The notes beneath the pieces are model-generated. The model saw only the letters and a program-made list of their open reading frames with translations. It ran no database searches and was not told the DNA's origin. From positions 84,260,001-84,324,000 of the forward strand of contig CM052817.1 of NCBI GenBank assembly GCA_028534125.1: 64,000 nt of DNA. Direction: 5' to 3'. This DNA comes from Lama glama (taxonomy: Eukaryota). The stretch's first letter is position 1; each line of letters begins with the position of its first letter. Positions 11,346 to 24,187 of this stretch are shown one piece after another. The translations under genes and the position numbers were made by a program.

Positions 11346-13319
11346 TAACTGCAGTAGCATTTTGGATTTTTAATAGAATTTATACTTGCTCTCATTAATA
11401 AAGCTTTAAATTAAGTTGACTTCTCCAATATTTTGGTAGAAAATGAGTTTCTGGATTTGGACAACCTAAAAAATTTGTGTGAACCTGATCCCATTCCAAA
11501 TCCTTGTTTATATATATGATTCCAAGTAAGTTATAATAAAGAGTGCTTAAAAATAAGGCATAAAATTTTCAACTGTAGCAGTAAGGAACGTAACATAACT
11601 GTTAAATGATAGTTTTCAGAGAAAATATTTTATGTGAAAAATTCAAAGTAGAACCATAACATAGAACATAATTAAACATTTCAAAAAAGAGCAAGAAGAG
11701 AATCTGTTAAGGTTAAACTTTAAGAAATCAGAATGTATGTGCTGGGGAAAAATAAGGAATTTTAAAAAGCAATATGCAAAATTTAATTTAGAGGAATTTT
11801 AACATAGATGTATACAACTATGTATAATGGACATGCTATCAATGAATGTATCCCAGGTAATTGTCAAGATGATGTAAATTTACCAGTGCTGGTGGTAGCA
11901 AGGGTAAAACTCAGATACATTAACGAAGTTAGGGATTATCTATCACTCAGAAATAATTACCTGTAAAATGTAAGATTTTGACTATTGAGTCTTACCGTTA
12001 GCTCTTAACCTGCGAGGTACAGAAAGCTCTCTTCTGTTGTTTACAGTGAATTGTCTGCAACCTATTAATGGTTGGCAATGAAGTTGCTGGGATAGCTGAG
12101 TGATTATCAGTTCTTATACTAGAGAGATCAATACTCCATCATTAAACTTAGTACATAGATTTCAGCTGGCTGGGAGAAGGAAGCAGCTGACCAAGTTGCT
12201 TTTCCAACATCCTCATGGCAGGTGGTATAAAATAGTTAACTGAGATTGTACTCACAGTTGAATATCTTTTAGTCTCTACTCTAAAGATTACTCCAGGACA
12301 TCAAGGGTGACATAGACCTACCTCTTGGGTATTTGGTTGCTGGTTCTGCTCTTTTCACATTGGTGGGTGTTCTATGTGGCTCTTAGGTCTTGATGACAGA
12401 CTTGGAACTTCTGCTATGGTGTCTTCCTTTCTTTTTTTCCTTTTTAATTAATATAGAGTTGAATTAGTGGCATTGTGATACAAAACTCTTTTGATGTATT
12501 ATACAAGTGTGTATGCATGCATGCCTGCCATGCCATAAACATTCAGGAAATTTTATTATCTGACCCATGAACTTTTTAAGTTTAATTTTAAAATTTTTAA
12601 AAATAGATAATTTACATTATTCAATTTAAAAAATATATAAAAATATATACAGTAAGAAGTCTTTCTCCCCTCTGTTCTCATTCTAGCTAACCTATTTCCG
12701 TTCCTGCAAACAACCAATGCTATTTTTGTATTCTCCCAGAGATTCTATGTATATATAAGAAAAAATATATAGATGCACATTTTTTCCTTTTTCACACAAA
12801 TCACAGTCATTTTATACACATTTTAGCTTACTTTTTTCAGGCAACAATAAATCTTGGTATCTTCTAACACTTTCTCTGCCCTGCTATCTCGCCTCTCTTT
12901 TCCCACGCTCTCATTTGTCCCCTAATATGCATTTACTCTGTGCTTTTGTATGCTAGAAACACATTAGTCCATTCTCTGATTAGCTGACTTCTTCCTGTCC
13001 TAAAACCTGTCCTTTTATGCACTCAATGTTGTCTGTTTAAATGTAACCCCCCCAAATGATGTAATGATAAACTTATGTCTTTTTTGGGTATAGAATCTAG
13101 CAGAGGACCAAGAATAATTATGAGTGCAATGAAAATCTTTTCCTAACTTTGGCTTCTGGTTTCTTTGCCACCCACTTAGTATTTTGGCCAGTTATATCCA
13201 CTTTTACTACTATTCAATTAAATTCTAGCTGATTAGTAGACAACGTGGATTGGCCAGATTTTGATAGAAGAGATACAGGATCATTTCTTTATTAAGTCAG
13301 TATGATAGGAAAATAGATA

Positions 13320-15250
13320 TGAAATAATTATAAACCTGTCAATTCTTTCAAATTGTATCTATAAATTCAGTACAACCTTAATCAAAATATTAACATTTTA
13401 AAAAGAACTTGATAAACATATTTAAAGTTCATATAGAAAAGACATATAAATAGCTAACTTAATTTTTTAAAATAACCTTAAAGGGATATTAAGTTACACT
13501 AAAAAGCCACATATACTAAAAGTAATAAAAACAGGGTAGTATTGGCACAAGAATAAATCAATGAATGGAAAAGAATAGAATGGACAGAGATACATCAATG
13601 TATATGTGATAATTATTGTTAATTCTGTGGTGCCACAAAACAATGAAAAGAAGATAATTCAGTAGATAGTTTGGGGAAAACTTACTCATTATATAAGAAA
13701 AATTATAAGTGGATACCTGCCAAAAACCACAAATGGATTAAAGACCTAAACATGAAAGTTAAAATTTTTAAACTAATAAAAGAAAGCGTAGAAAACTATT
13801 TGTAACCTAGGGGAAGGAAAGAGCTTGTTTTTCATTTTTCTGTATTGAAAAATTTCAAGTATGTCCAAAGTGGAGAAAATAGAACAATGAGCTTCCATAT
13901 AGCCATCACCCAGATTTTAAAATTAATAAGATTTTGTCATGTTTGCTTCTTCTATCCCTTTTTTCATTAGTTTTTTTTCACTTTGTCAAAGTGTCTTAAA
14001 ACAAATCCAAGATTTTATATCATTTTGTCTTATATAGTCCACAGTGTACTCTTAAAAATATGGACACATTTCTGTATGTGTCCATGATACTATCAATGCA
14101 CCTATCAGAGATAATAATAATTAGGTAAGGACTTTTTTTAAGGGTTTATTTAAGCAAAAATTGATTCAAATCAGGCAGCATCCAATCTAGCAGATAGAAG
14201 GTATTACCAAGGAGTAGGTTCTTGTCTTGCACAGGAAAGAATTCAAGAGCGAGCCATAGTAAAGCGAAAGCAAGTTTATTTAGAGAGATACACATTCCAT
14301 ATACAGAATGCAGTCTGTCTCAGAAAGGAGAGTGGCCTGGTAAGGACTTTAAAACAGGATTTCAAAAAGTAAATAGTGATGTATTTGATTAGATCAAAAT
14401 TAAGAATTTCTTTTTAAGGAAGAACACAATAAGGAGATGACAGAATGGAGAAGATATTTGTATTATATCTAAAACTATGAAGAGATTAGTGTCTAGAAAA
14501 TTCAAGGGACTCTTGCGGTTCAACAAGAAAATGCCAGCAAACTCAAAGGGAAAATGGGCAAAGGTTACAAACAGACAATTTATAAGTGAGCAAACTCAAA
14601 GGCCAAGGTACGTGTGAAGAGCTGCTCAAAGTAACTAATAGTTAGATAAATTAAAATTAAAACAACAACACAATGGTACTTTATAATTATTAGCCTGGAA
14701 AATATTAGCTAGCTAATGCAATATGTTGGTGAGGCTATGTTGTGATTAGAATGTAGGCCAGGATAATTTGGAAGCACAATCTGGCTCTACTTAGTTAAAT
14801 TAAGTATGTAGATATTCTAGGATCCAGCAGTTCTGCTTCTGAGTGGACACATCTCAAAGAAATTCTCACACAAATCCATTCAAGGATATGTACAAGGATG
14901 TTTGTTGGAGGATTTTTTTGTTTTGTTTTGTTTTGTTTTGTGGTTATGGGCAGTTAGAGGCAATCTGGGAGAGGGAATAGAAGAAATACAGAGTACCAAC
15001 GAGGGGTTAGAAGCAAGGTACAGATGCACACATAGCCACATTAAAAATATAGATGAGTAAAAAAAGAATAAAACATATAATATGATACCATTTGCTTAAG
15101 TTAAGAATACTTGAGCACGAAACAATATACATTTGCAAGAAAGAGTATGCACAACCAAATTAATACGCATTAAGTATATGAGAATAGTTTCCTGGGGTTG
15201 GGAGAGGGAAGGAAAAATGGGAAAGGAGATAGAAGAAATAAGTAGAATAA
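13320..15250 (+). mobile_element. Ancient L1M ORF2/3' fragment with nested younger insertions
   Basis: Degenerate ORF2 motifs (TATCTATAAATTCAGTACAACC, GTATTGGCACAAGAATA, AAATGGATTAAAGACCTAAA, AAAATGGGCAAAGG). Interrupted around 13830-14350. Confidence 0.65.
14136..14338 (-). mobile_element. Short chimeric LTR-derived retrocopy with L1-type TSD
   Basis: Perfect 12-bp TSD GGTAAGGACTTT (14124-14135, 14339-14350), short T tail, two minus-strand AATAAA (14145-14150, 14275-14280). Core shared with 55406-55577. Confidence 0.75.
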
Positions 15251-15373
15251 TAAGAGTGAAAACCTGCATACACCAGTGATGCTAATGTACTATGAGTGGA
15301 AGGCTACGATTAACTCTCTTTCTGTGCCCAGGCAGGGGCAGGAGTGGGAGGTGAACAGCACAGTTTATATCTT

Positions 15374-15865
15374 TGTTTTTTTTAATTAACCATTTTTTCA
15401 ATTGAAGTTTAGTTAGTTTAAAATGTTGTGTTAGTTTCAGGTGTACAGCAAAGTGATTCAGTTATACATAGTTATGTGTTCTTTTTTAGATTCTTTTCCA
15501 TTATAGGTTATTACAAGATAGTGAATATAGTTCCCTGTGCTGTACAGTAGGTCCTTGTTGTTTATCTATTTCATATATAGTAGTGTGTATATGTTAATCC
15601 CAAACTCCTAATTTATCCCTCCCCTCCCCCGACCCAGCTTTCCCCTGTGGTAACCATAAATTTGTTTTCTATAGCTGTGAGGCTATTTCTGTTTTGTAAG
15701 TAAATTCATTTGTATCATTTTTTTAGATTTCCCATATAAGTGATATCATATGATATTTGTCTTTCTCTAACTTACTTCACCTAATATGATAATCTCTCGG
15801 TCCATCCATGTTGTTGCAAGTGGCATTATTTTATTCTTTTTAATGGCTGAGTAATATTCACACAC

Positions 15866-15920
<55 letters not shown>

Positions 15921-17264
15921 CATACATATGTGTATGTGTAAAAATACGTGTGTGTGTGTGTGTATACACCACATCTTTATCCATTCAACTGCTGATGAAC
16001 ATTTAAGTTGCTTCCATGTCTTGGCTATTGTAAATAGTGCTGCTATGAACACTGGGGTGCATCTTTTTGAATTAGAGTTTTGTCTGGATATATGCCCAGG
16101 AGTGGGACTGCTGGATCATATGATAAATCTATTTTTAGTTTTCTAAGGAACTTCCATATTGTTCTCCATAATGACTGCACAAATTTGCATCCCCACCAAC
16201 AGTGTAGGAGGGTTCCCTTTTCTCCACACTCTCTCTAACATTTATTGTTTGTGGATTTTTTTAGTGATGGCCATTCTGACCAGTGTAAGGGGAGACCTCA
16301 TTGTAGTTTTGACTTGCATTTCTCCAATAATTAGCGATATGGAGCATCTTTCTATGTGCCTGTTGGCCAACTGTACATCTTTGGAGAAATGTCTATTTAG
16401 GTCTCCTGCCCATTTTTTGATTGGGTTGTTTGCTTTTTTTGGTATTAAGCTATATGAGCTGTTAGTATATTTTGGAAATTAATCCGTCATTGATAGCATC
16501 ATTTGCAAATATTTTCTCCCAGTCCATAGTTTGTCTTTTCATTTGTTTATGGTTTCCTTTGCTGTGCAAAAGACTTTAAGTTTAATTAGGTCCCATTTGT
16601 TTATTTTTTTTTTTTATTTCCAATACTCTAGGAGACTGATCTGAAAAAATATATTGCTGTGATTTATGTCAAAGAGTGTTGCCTTGGGTGGTATGGTCAT
16701 TTTAATAATATTGATTCTTTCAATTCAAGAACACGGTATATCTTTCCATCTGTGTCATCTTCAATTTCATCAGCATCTTCTAGTTTTCAGAGTACAAGTC
16801 TTTTGCCTCCTTAGGTAGGTTTATTCTTAGGTATTTTATTCTTTTTGATGTGATGGTAAATTAGATTTTTTCCTAAATTTATCTTTCTGATACTTCGTTG
16901 TTAGTGTATAGAAATGCAACAGATTTCTGTATGTTAATTTTGTATACAGCAACTTTGCCAAATTCATTGATGAACTCTAGCAGTTTTCTGGTAGTGTCTT
17001 TAGGATTTTCTACGTATAGTATCATATCATCTGCAAACAGTGACAGTTTTATTTCTTTTCATTTGCATTCCTTTTAGTTCTTTCTCTTCTCTGATTGCTG
17101 TGGCTAGGATTTCCAAAACTATGTCGAATAAAAGTGGACAGAGTGGGCATCCTTATCTTGCTCCTGATCTTAGAGGAAATGCTTTCAGCTTTTCTCTGTT
17201 GAGTATGATATTAACTGTAGGTTTGTCCTACATGGCCTTTATTATGTTGAGGTATGTTCCCTCT
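15374..17264 (-). mobile_element. 5'-truncated LINE-1 (ORF2 3' part + 3' UTR) with internal deletion
   Basis: Minus-strand ORF2 C-terminal peptide ([15 protein letters not shown]), T-rich tail at ~15374-15400. 14-bp TSD ACAGTTT[A/C]TATCTT at 15360-15373 and 17265-17278. Confidence 0.95.
15859..15966. repeat. Compound (CA)/(TA)/(TG) microsatellite inside L1
   Basis: Directly visible (TA)n, (CA)n and (TG)n runs. Confidence 0.95.
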
Positions 17265-17384
17265 ACAGTTTCTATCTTCAAATGAGCCTAAAATAATGGG
17301 TAACTTCATCACAGAATTTGAGAAGCTAGAACCAAATATCTGAATAAATATCTTTCCTACTGCCTGAATCTCAATATTAGAGAT

Positions 17385-18330
17385 TGACTATTAAAGATTG
17401 TTTCTTAGGAAAAGGAATCATGAAGTGCTCAAAATCAAAACAAAATAAAGCGCCATATTGATGAGGAATGTCAAAGGATCATAGGAGTCAACTAAAGAGC
17501 TCCCAGTAGCCAAAATCAGGACAGTTCAAGCAACTAAGTAATAAATTACTGTAGTATTGGATTATAACCAAACATATAAATATCCACAAGTTTATACTAA
17601 TATAAATTATTGAATAATAAATAGGGAAGAAGAGACAAACCTCTCGTTCTCATGTGCAGAATTCCAAATAATTTATGTAGATGTGAGCTTCCCAAGTGTG
17701 AGCTTCCCACAGTGACTTCCTCCCGAAGAGGTCAGTATGGGAAAGGGAGAAAGGAGAAAAGAGTAACTTTCCAGTGGAGAAGCCCGACAGACACCTCAGA
17801 TTACGACAGATTACCTCAGCCAGGTAATCAAGGGCAACATCACAGATCATGTTGATAGTACTGTGGATATGATGTGATGAAAATGGCACTATACCCAGCG
17901 AACTTCTTTTCAACATCCCATAACCCCCAAAATAAGCATAAGAAAGACATCAAACAACTTTTAATAGAGGAACATTCTACAATATACCTGACTAGCTCTT
18001 CTCAAAACTGTTAAGGTCATCAAAAACAAAGAAAGTCTGAGAAACTGTTATAGCCAAAAAGCGCCTAAGGAGACATGACAACTAAAATATTATGTGGTTT
18101 CCTAGAACCGGAAAAGGACATTAGGTAAAAATTAAGGCTATCTAAATAAATACAGGCTTTAGATATTAATAATGTACCAATATTGGTTCATTAATTGTAA
18201 CACGTACCATGCTAATGTAAGATGTCAATAATAGGGGAAACCTGGAGGTTGGGTGGGGATGTAATATGGGAACTCTGTACTACCTTCTCAATTCTTCCAT
18301 GAATCTAAAACTATTCTTTAAAAAAAGGGT
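17385..18330 (+). mobile_element. Ancient L1MC/MD-type 3' UTR
   Basis: GAGCTCCCAGTAGCCAAA, GTAGTATTGGATTATAACC, CTGTTAAGGTCATCAAAAACAAAGAAAGTCTGAGAAACTG, GGGAACTCTGTAC...AATCTAAAACTATTCTTTAAAA. Confidence 0.8.
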
Positions 18331-20814
18331 CATGAAGTTAGTGGTTAATGGAAAACCTAGTAAAAATTTCTTTTCTTCCCTTCCAGTTGGGAAAGTTTTT
18401 GTGTTGTTGTTGTTTTGTTTGTTTTTGCTAAACACAGACAAGATCTATCTCCTCCCACTTTGGGGTTATGAGTGAGCTTGCCAAAGTTAAAGGCAGATGC
18501 CTTAGAACACTTGAGTAGATGATATAACTATATAATTGGTTGGAACTTGGACTCCCAAGTCAGCTGAGAAGTGGTCAGTAGAGCCACTGGTGGCCAGGAG
18601 CTTCTAAATGTTAGACCAGAGAACTTACTCTTTGCAATCCTTGAAGTCAGCCACATGCAGTTTGAATGACAGTTTCAACCAGTCTGAAGTAGCTTAAGTG
18701 ATTCTAGTCATGGGCTCTCTGAGCAATGCGTTCAGACAGGACTGTCTGTTGGGATTTTCATCTCCTGCTCCTAGAATGGTGCCTGGCACATAGTAGGTAT
18801 TTCACAAATATTCACTAAATAAATGGTAATATGCTCTTAGAGTTCAGTACAGTACTTCAATATTTCACATATGGTTCTAATAAAGAGTTGTATAGCCTGA
18901 CTGGCAAAATAATTATTGCCTGAAAAAACATTTATTAAATATCTTCTAATTCATGCACTTTATCTTTTATTATTTCATCTACTGTTAGCTTCAAATCTCT
19001 GAATAGCAGAACTGTGTCTTTTATTACAGGGAATGTTGGACCATATGTCATTTGAAAGATACCTTTCCCTAAGAATTTATTAATGTGCCAGCTTGAACTC
19101 AAAACTGGCATATCAGGAATGGTTAATGTTTTCCTCATAAGGAACCCTGACGCAGTTGAATGTTACAATTTTTATTAGCTACAGAACCTTGCCAACTCAT
19201 TCACGCTAATCTGCAAGTCCTGTAATTATCACACAGAAAAGTACTCTAGCAAATTTACCCTGCTTCTCAATGCAGGCTTAACAGGAAAGAGTTATTTTGA
19301 AAGCTCAATGGATTATAAACACTACTTTACAAAACATACTGCAACACACTTGTACTTTGTGATACAGCCTTAAATAGTTAAACAAATTCACTAGCATTAT
19401 GTGGGTGTATTTCCAACCTTTATTTTTCCCTATTGACTTCATGACTTAAGACATATCCAACTGGATGCTGACAAAGGGCCTCCTGGAAGCCTGCAACCAT
19501 GGTAGAGGGGAGTGGTGGGAGCCCCATGTTTGTAGAGGAGAGTGGATGTCATTGGAGATATGTGTGATATGAACAACCAGCTCCATAGGAATATCACTGA
19601 GAGAGTAATAATACTTGGTTATACTCAGGGGTTATGCAGTGAATCTATGGCTTGAAAGTAACTAATAATTGCTTAGTATAACCTAAGACTCAGAAAGACA
19701 CATGATCAAATAACTACAAAGAAGTAGAATAAAAATGCAGCCTTGAATGTTTTGATCACTGAAGCTGGAACAATAGGAATAACCTTGAAAGCTTATTTCT
19801 AAAATAAGTCCTTGCAGGAGTCAGTGAGCGGAGACCAAAAGCAGATTTTCAGAACTAACTTCAAAAAAGATTCTCTATATAATAAGGGTTAAATTGTTAA
19901 ACTAAAATGATCGAGACATCCCAGCGATTCGAGGTCATGCCTAAACCACCACCATCAACTCGGACGTTTCTCCAGACCTAATATATCTGATCTTCTGCCT
20001 TCAGCTCCACTCATGCCCCCGACTGGGCAGTGAAGTTCCCCATCAGTCGTTTGGACGGTACTACAGGACAGGCCCCTAAACACAGAACTCCCTGGATACT
20101 GCAGTACCTGGAAGAGCTCTTGTGAGAGTGGGTAAGTGCAGCCTGAGTGTCTGGTGAGATCAAACCTGAAGAGAGAGTGAGATAAGGAGGGAGCTGAATC
20201 ATTAGTTACTTCTTTTAACTAACTCTCTGAAGTTGGCTGGCTTCACACTAGACCTGGTGATTAATGGTAAAGAGATAGCTCTTACAATTCAACTTCTGTA
20301 AGTGGAAAGAAATTTAAAGCCTCCCCAGAGCATTTGCTTCCTCTTTAAATGCTTCAAAACAAATCTCAGTATCTCTAGGCTGTTGCCTGTTCTCATCTTG
20401 CACACAGTCCTTGATGGGGAGGATGGAGAGGGCCAGGCGTCCCCCATTGCACAGTGACCCGTGGTTCTCTGCCTTTTGGCAGCAGTCTCCCAAAGGGAGA
20501 AGCAGAGTCACAACATCTCAGGACAAAATGGCAACCCTGAGAGGTCATTTCACTGCCAGAAAGCACACACAAGCTATTATTCTGAAGAGAGAACTACTTG
20601 CAATTTTGTAAGAGCTTAGTCTAGAGTTTGCTGAAGAAGTGCTTTTTTGTTCAATTAGCTCTTGTAGAAAGTATGTTTGTAAAAGTTAAGAAGATTCAAT
20701 ACTGAGAAAAATTCTCTTTCTGACTTTGAAAATTTTTCTAATACATAAGCACAATTCTTAGTTCCAGAGACTCACTCAGTTATCAAAGATGATATAGATA
20801 AGGTGACAAGACCT

Positions 20815-21590
20815 ACCAACCAGTCAGATGCTCAAACAGAAATCTAGAGTTCATGCTGTTTCCTCTCTGCTCATACCCAAATTCATCTCATTAATTCTCC
20901 TTGCAAAATATCTTAATTCTTCCACTTTTCTCCATTCTCACGGCAGCATTTTCATCTAAATCTCAGTCATGTCTCGCCTGAACTATTACAATAACCTCTT
21001 AAATAGAACTCACTCTTGCTTCTCTATAACCTGTCTCATGGCAACCAGAGAGAGACTTTTAAAACATCTCTGAGTTCATGCCATTCATGAGATCATGTCA
21101 TCTTCTAAGGCCATAGATGATTTGGCCCTTTCCTACCTTCCATCTTCACTTTCCACCGTATTCTGCCCTAATACCAGCAACCTGTTTGTGTTCCTTGACT
21201 AAGCCAACCTCTTATCTGCCTTAGAGACTTTGCCCTCATTTCCTCTGGCTGTAATGCTGACCTATTCACAGTTCTTTCCTGTCTTTTAGGTCTTACTGTA
21301 AATGTCACCGCCACAGATAGGTTCCCCCCGATCAACCTGTCCCCTTCCCTTATTCTTCTCCCTTTATTAATATCTTTGTTTACTTTGTTCTCAGCACTTA
21401 TAATCTGAAGTTGTCCCATTTATTCATTAATGTATATACTTACTGTTGGTCTCTTCTCACCCACAATGGAATCTAAGCTTTTACATGGCAGGACCCATGT
21501 TTGTCTTATGACATCCCTGCACCTCCAGTAGCTAGAATAGTACCTAGAATATGGTAGATACTCAGTGAATGTTTATGAGATAAATGCAGA
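20815..21590 (+). mobile_element. L2 LINE 3' fragment
   Basis: Ends TAGAATAGTACCTAGAATATGGTAGATACTCAGTGAATGTTT (L2 3' terminus). Internal AAATGTCACC and TCTCGCCTGAACTATTACAATAACCTC motifs. Confidence 0.7.
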
Positions 21591-23235
21591 AAGAAAGCTC
21601 ATTTAGAGCAGGGGTTGGCAAGCTTTTTCTGTAAAGGGCCAGAGAGTAAATATTTTAGCATTTGAAGCTGTTCCACGAGAACAGCTTTACATGCCACCTG
21701 ATTCCTCAGTACCTCCTATTTCCTACTCATGGCTGATTGTGCTAGAACTGAACTCTGCCTGAATCAGATGGTGTCTCTACAGAATCTAGAATTGGGCCAC
21801 TAATATTGAACCAGTTAGATACTGATGGGCTTTTGAAATAATATAGTTGGGTAGATCCATGATAAATCAATTCAAATATAAGGTCATATTTTCAGAGAAT
21901 AGAGATGCCAAAATAAAAAGGAGGTCGGTCTTCTGAAGACTCTTGCAAAAGAAGGAGATACACAGGTAGAAGCACAGATCTGAAGCCCCAAGGTCCCAAC
22001 AATAAAGGACTAGCCTTGGGTCCTGTATGTCCAGTTCCATGTCCCACGTGGCCTAGGTGTTCTTTGCTTATATTCTTGGATATCTGTGATGTGGCCTGTT
22101 ATTATCTCTCCTTAACTGACCTAATTTGAGAGAACTTCTATTTTTGACAAGAGGAATGGGCATTTCAAGTTATTATCAAAACTGTCAATCAATACACACA
22201 TATTTAACAAATGTCTGCTATGGTTAAGACATCTGTTAGGCATCATAAAAGCAAACAAATACGTACAAGAAATTGTTAAGGAGTGAGGGTAAATCTAGTT
22301 GAGGGATGAGACAGAGATACATGAAATGGTAATTAACAACGTGAGGCTATGTGTGGTATGTGCCTCATGAAAGGATTCTATGTTTCTAAGACTTTTTAAA
22401 AATCAATTTTAATGGTATTTAAAGCAAAATGAAAATAGATGCTGAGGAAATAATACTACTAAGTCAAAAGAATTACGCAACAGTGATTTCTGACAAATAA
22501 AATTGCTTTTTATCAAGAATTATACTTTTATCTAAGTATTTAAGGCATGTTTTAGCAGAATTTTGAAACTGCTAACCATGACTCAAATCTATTCAGATCA
22601 GCTGAGAATAAACCATTCCTGTGCTCTTTTTGAAGGAGATAATGACTATCCTCAGAGTATCTAAAAAGTGTTTGGTCCTAACAACAAAGGATAGATCAAG
22701 TCCCTAGTGTGTCCAAAGTGAACTCTTGGGTATTTCATCAACAGAGGCATCAGATTACCAATTGCTTCAAAAATGCACTGCCTGATACTGTCTCTACACT
22801 GACAAAACATCCCCTCAGAAAAGCAACCTCCAGAGACATGTGTCTGATGTGAATGGATTTACAAATTAATTTTTCTTGCACCAAGATTTATAGAAATACC
22901 ATCTTCTACAGATATTCCCTATAAGATCTTCTCAATCTGAAGTGGAAATAAACTTTGTGAAGTCAAAAAGTTTATCAGGATTTTTTTAAAGTAAGTTTTT
23001 ACCAAAGCATTGTTTCAAAAGGAAATAAAAGTGGGAGTTGGGGAGTAATAAAATTGATTACCTGTCATATCAATGCATAGAAATTCAGCATATGTATCAC
23101 TATCTGCTACTTAAGCCCCGATGGTTTTTCTTCATTCATTGAGTATCTATACTTGATACAAAGCAAGGTATGAGTCAGTAATTAGACTGTGTGCCTGCGC
23201 CAGGACTGATAGTCCTTTACCACCGGTTAACTCAT

Positions 23236-23417
23236 CAGTGGTTTTCCAGCCTAAGTGTGGATCCATGCACTTGAGGGTTTGTTGAAACATTTGCTGGGCC
23301 CCACTTCTAGAGTTCCTGATGTAGTAGGTCTGGGGGTGGTCTGAGAATCGGCATTTCTAACAAGTTCCTGGGTGATACTGATGCTGCTGTTCTGAGAGGC
23401 CTCACGGAGAACCAGTG
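23236..23417. mobile_element. MER5A-like hAT-Charlie MITE
   Basis: Termini CAGTGGTTTTCC / GGAGAACCAGTG; internal GTAGGTCTGGG...GCATTTCTAACAAGTTCC. Confidence 0.85.
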
Positions 23418-23813
23418 AACTCGTATAACACTCACATAAGCTTTGGCCCTGTCGCTAGCCTGGACTTCCCCACTGGATGCACGTAGAGAGTCCACTAGAA
23501 CTGTGTGAAGAGACAGCCTGAGGTGGATTTGTGTGTGTGTGTGTGTGTGAATTCTATTGCTCAAAAGTCATAACAATGGTTGGGGGATTTTGTCTGTAAT
23601 TCTGATTAATTTTTAACTTCCTCATCTTCATAGAAGGCCCAATGCCAGCTGATGGTGGTTGCTTAGGTAAAGAGGCAGTATAGCGGGCTCCCAGTGAGAT
23701 TCACCAGCCAGGATCCATGGCAGATGAAAATCCTCTCACCAAAAAAGTTTACACTGATCGCTCTGGTGATAGTGCTGGTCCAGTCCAGTTCTGGCATTTG
23801 GAAAGGACTGTCC

Positions 23814-24187
23814 AAATGAACGGAATCCTGATGCAGGCCACGACGTGTCTGAACCCTGAAAACATTATGCTAAGTGAAAGAAGCCAGTCCCCAAAGACCA
23901 CATGTTGTATGAGTCTACTCATATGAAAGTCCACAACAGGGAAATTTATAGAGACAGGAAATAGATTCATAGTTTTAGAGATGACAGAGGCTGGGGGAAG
24001 GTAGGGGAGTGGGGAGAATGTTAGCTAAAGGGTACAGGGTGTCTTTCTGAGATGATACGTATGGTCTAAAGTTGCAGTGATGGTTACACACCTTGGTGAA
24101 TATACTAAAAATCACTGAATTGTGCACTTTAAATGGGTGAATTATACAGTATGTGGTTCACATCTTAATGAAGCTATTAAGAAAATA
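23814..24187 (+). mobile_element. L1MB-like 3' end
   Basis: AAAACATTATGCTAAGTGAAAGAAGCCAGTC...TTTAAATGGGTGAATT...A-rich end. Perfect 12-bp TSD AAAGGACTGTCC at 23802-23813 and 24188-24199. Confidence 0.9.
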
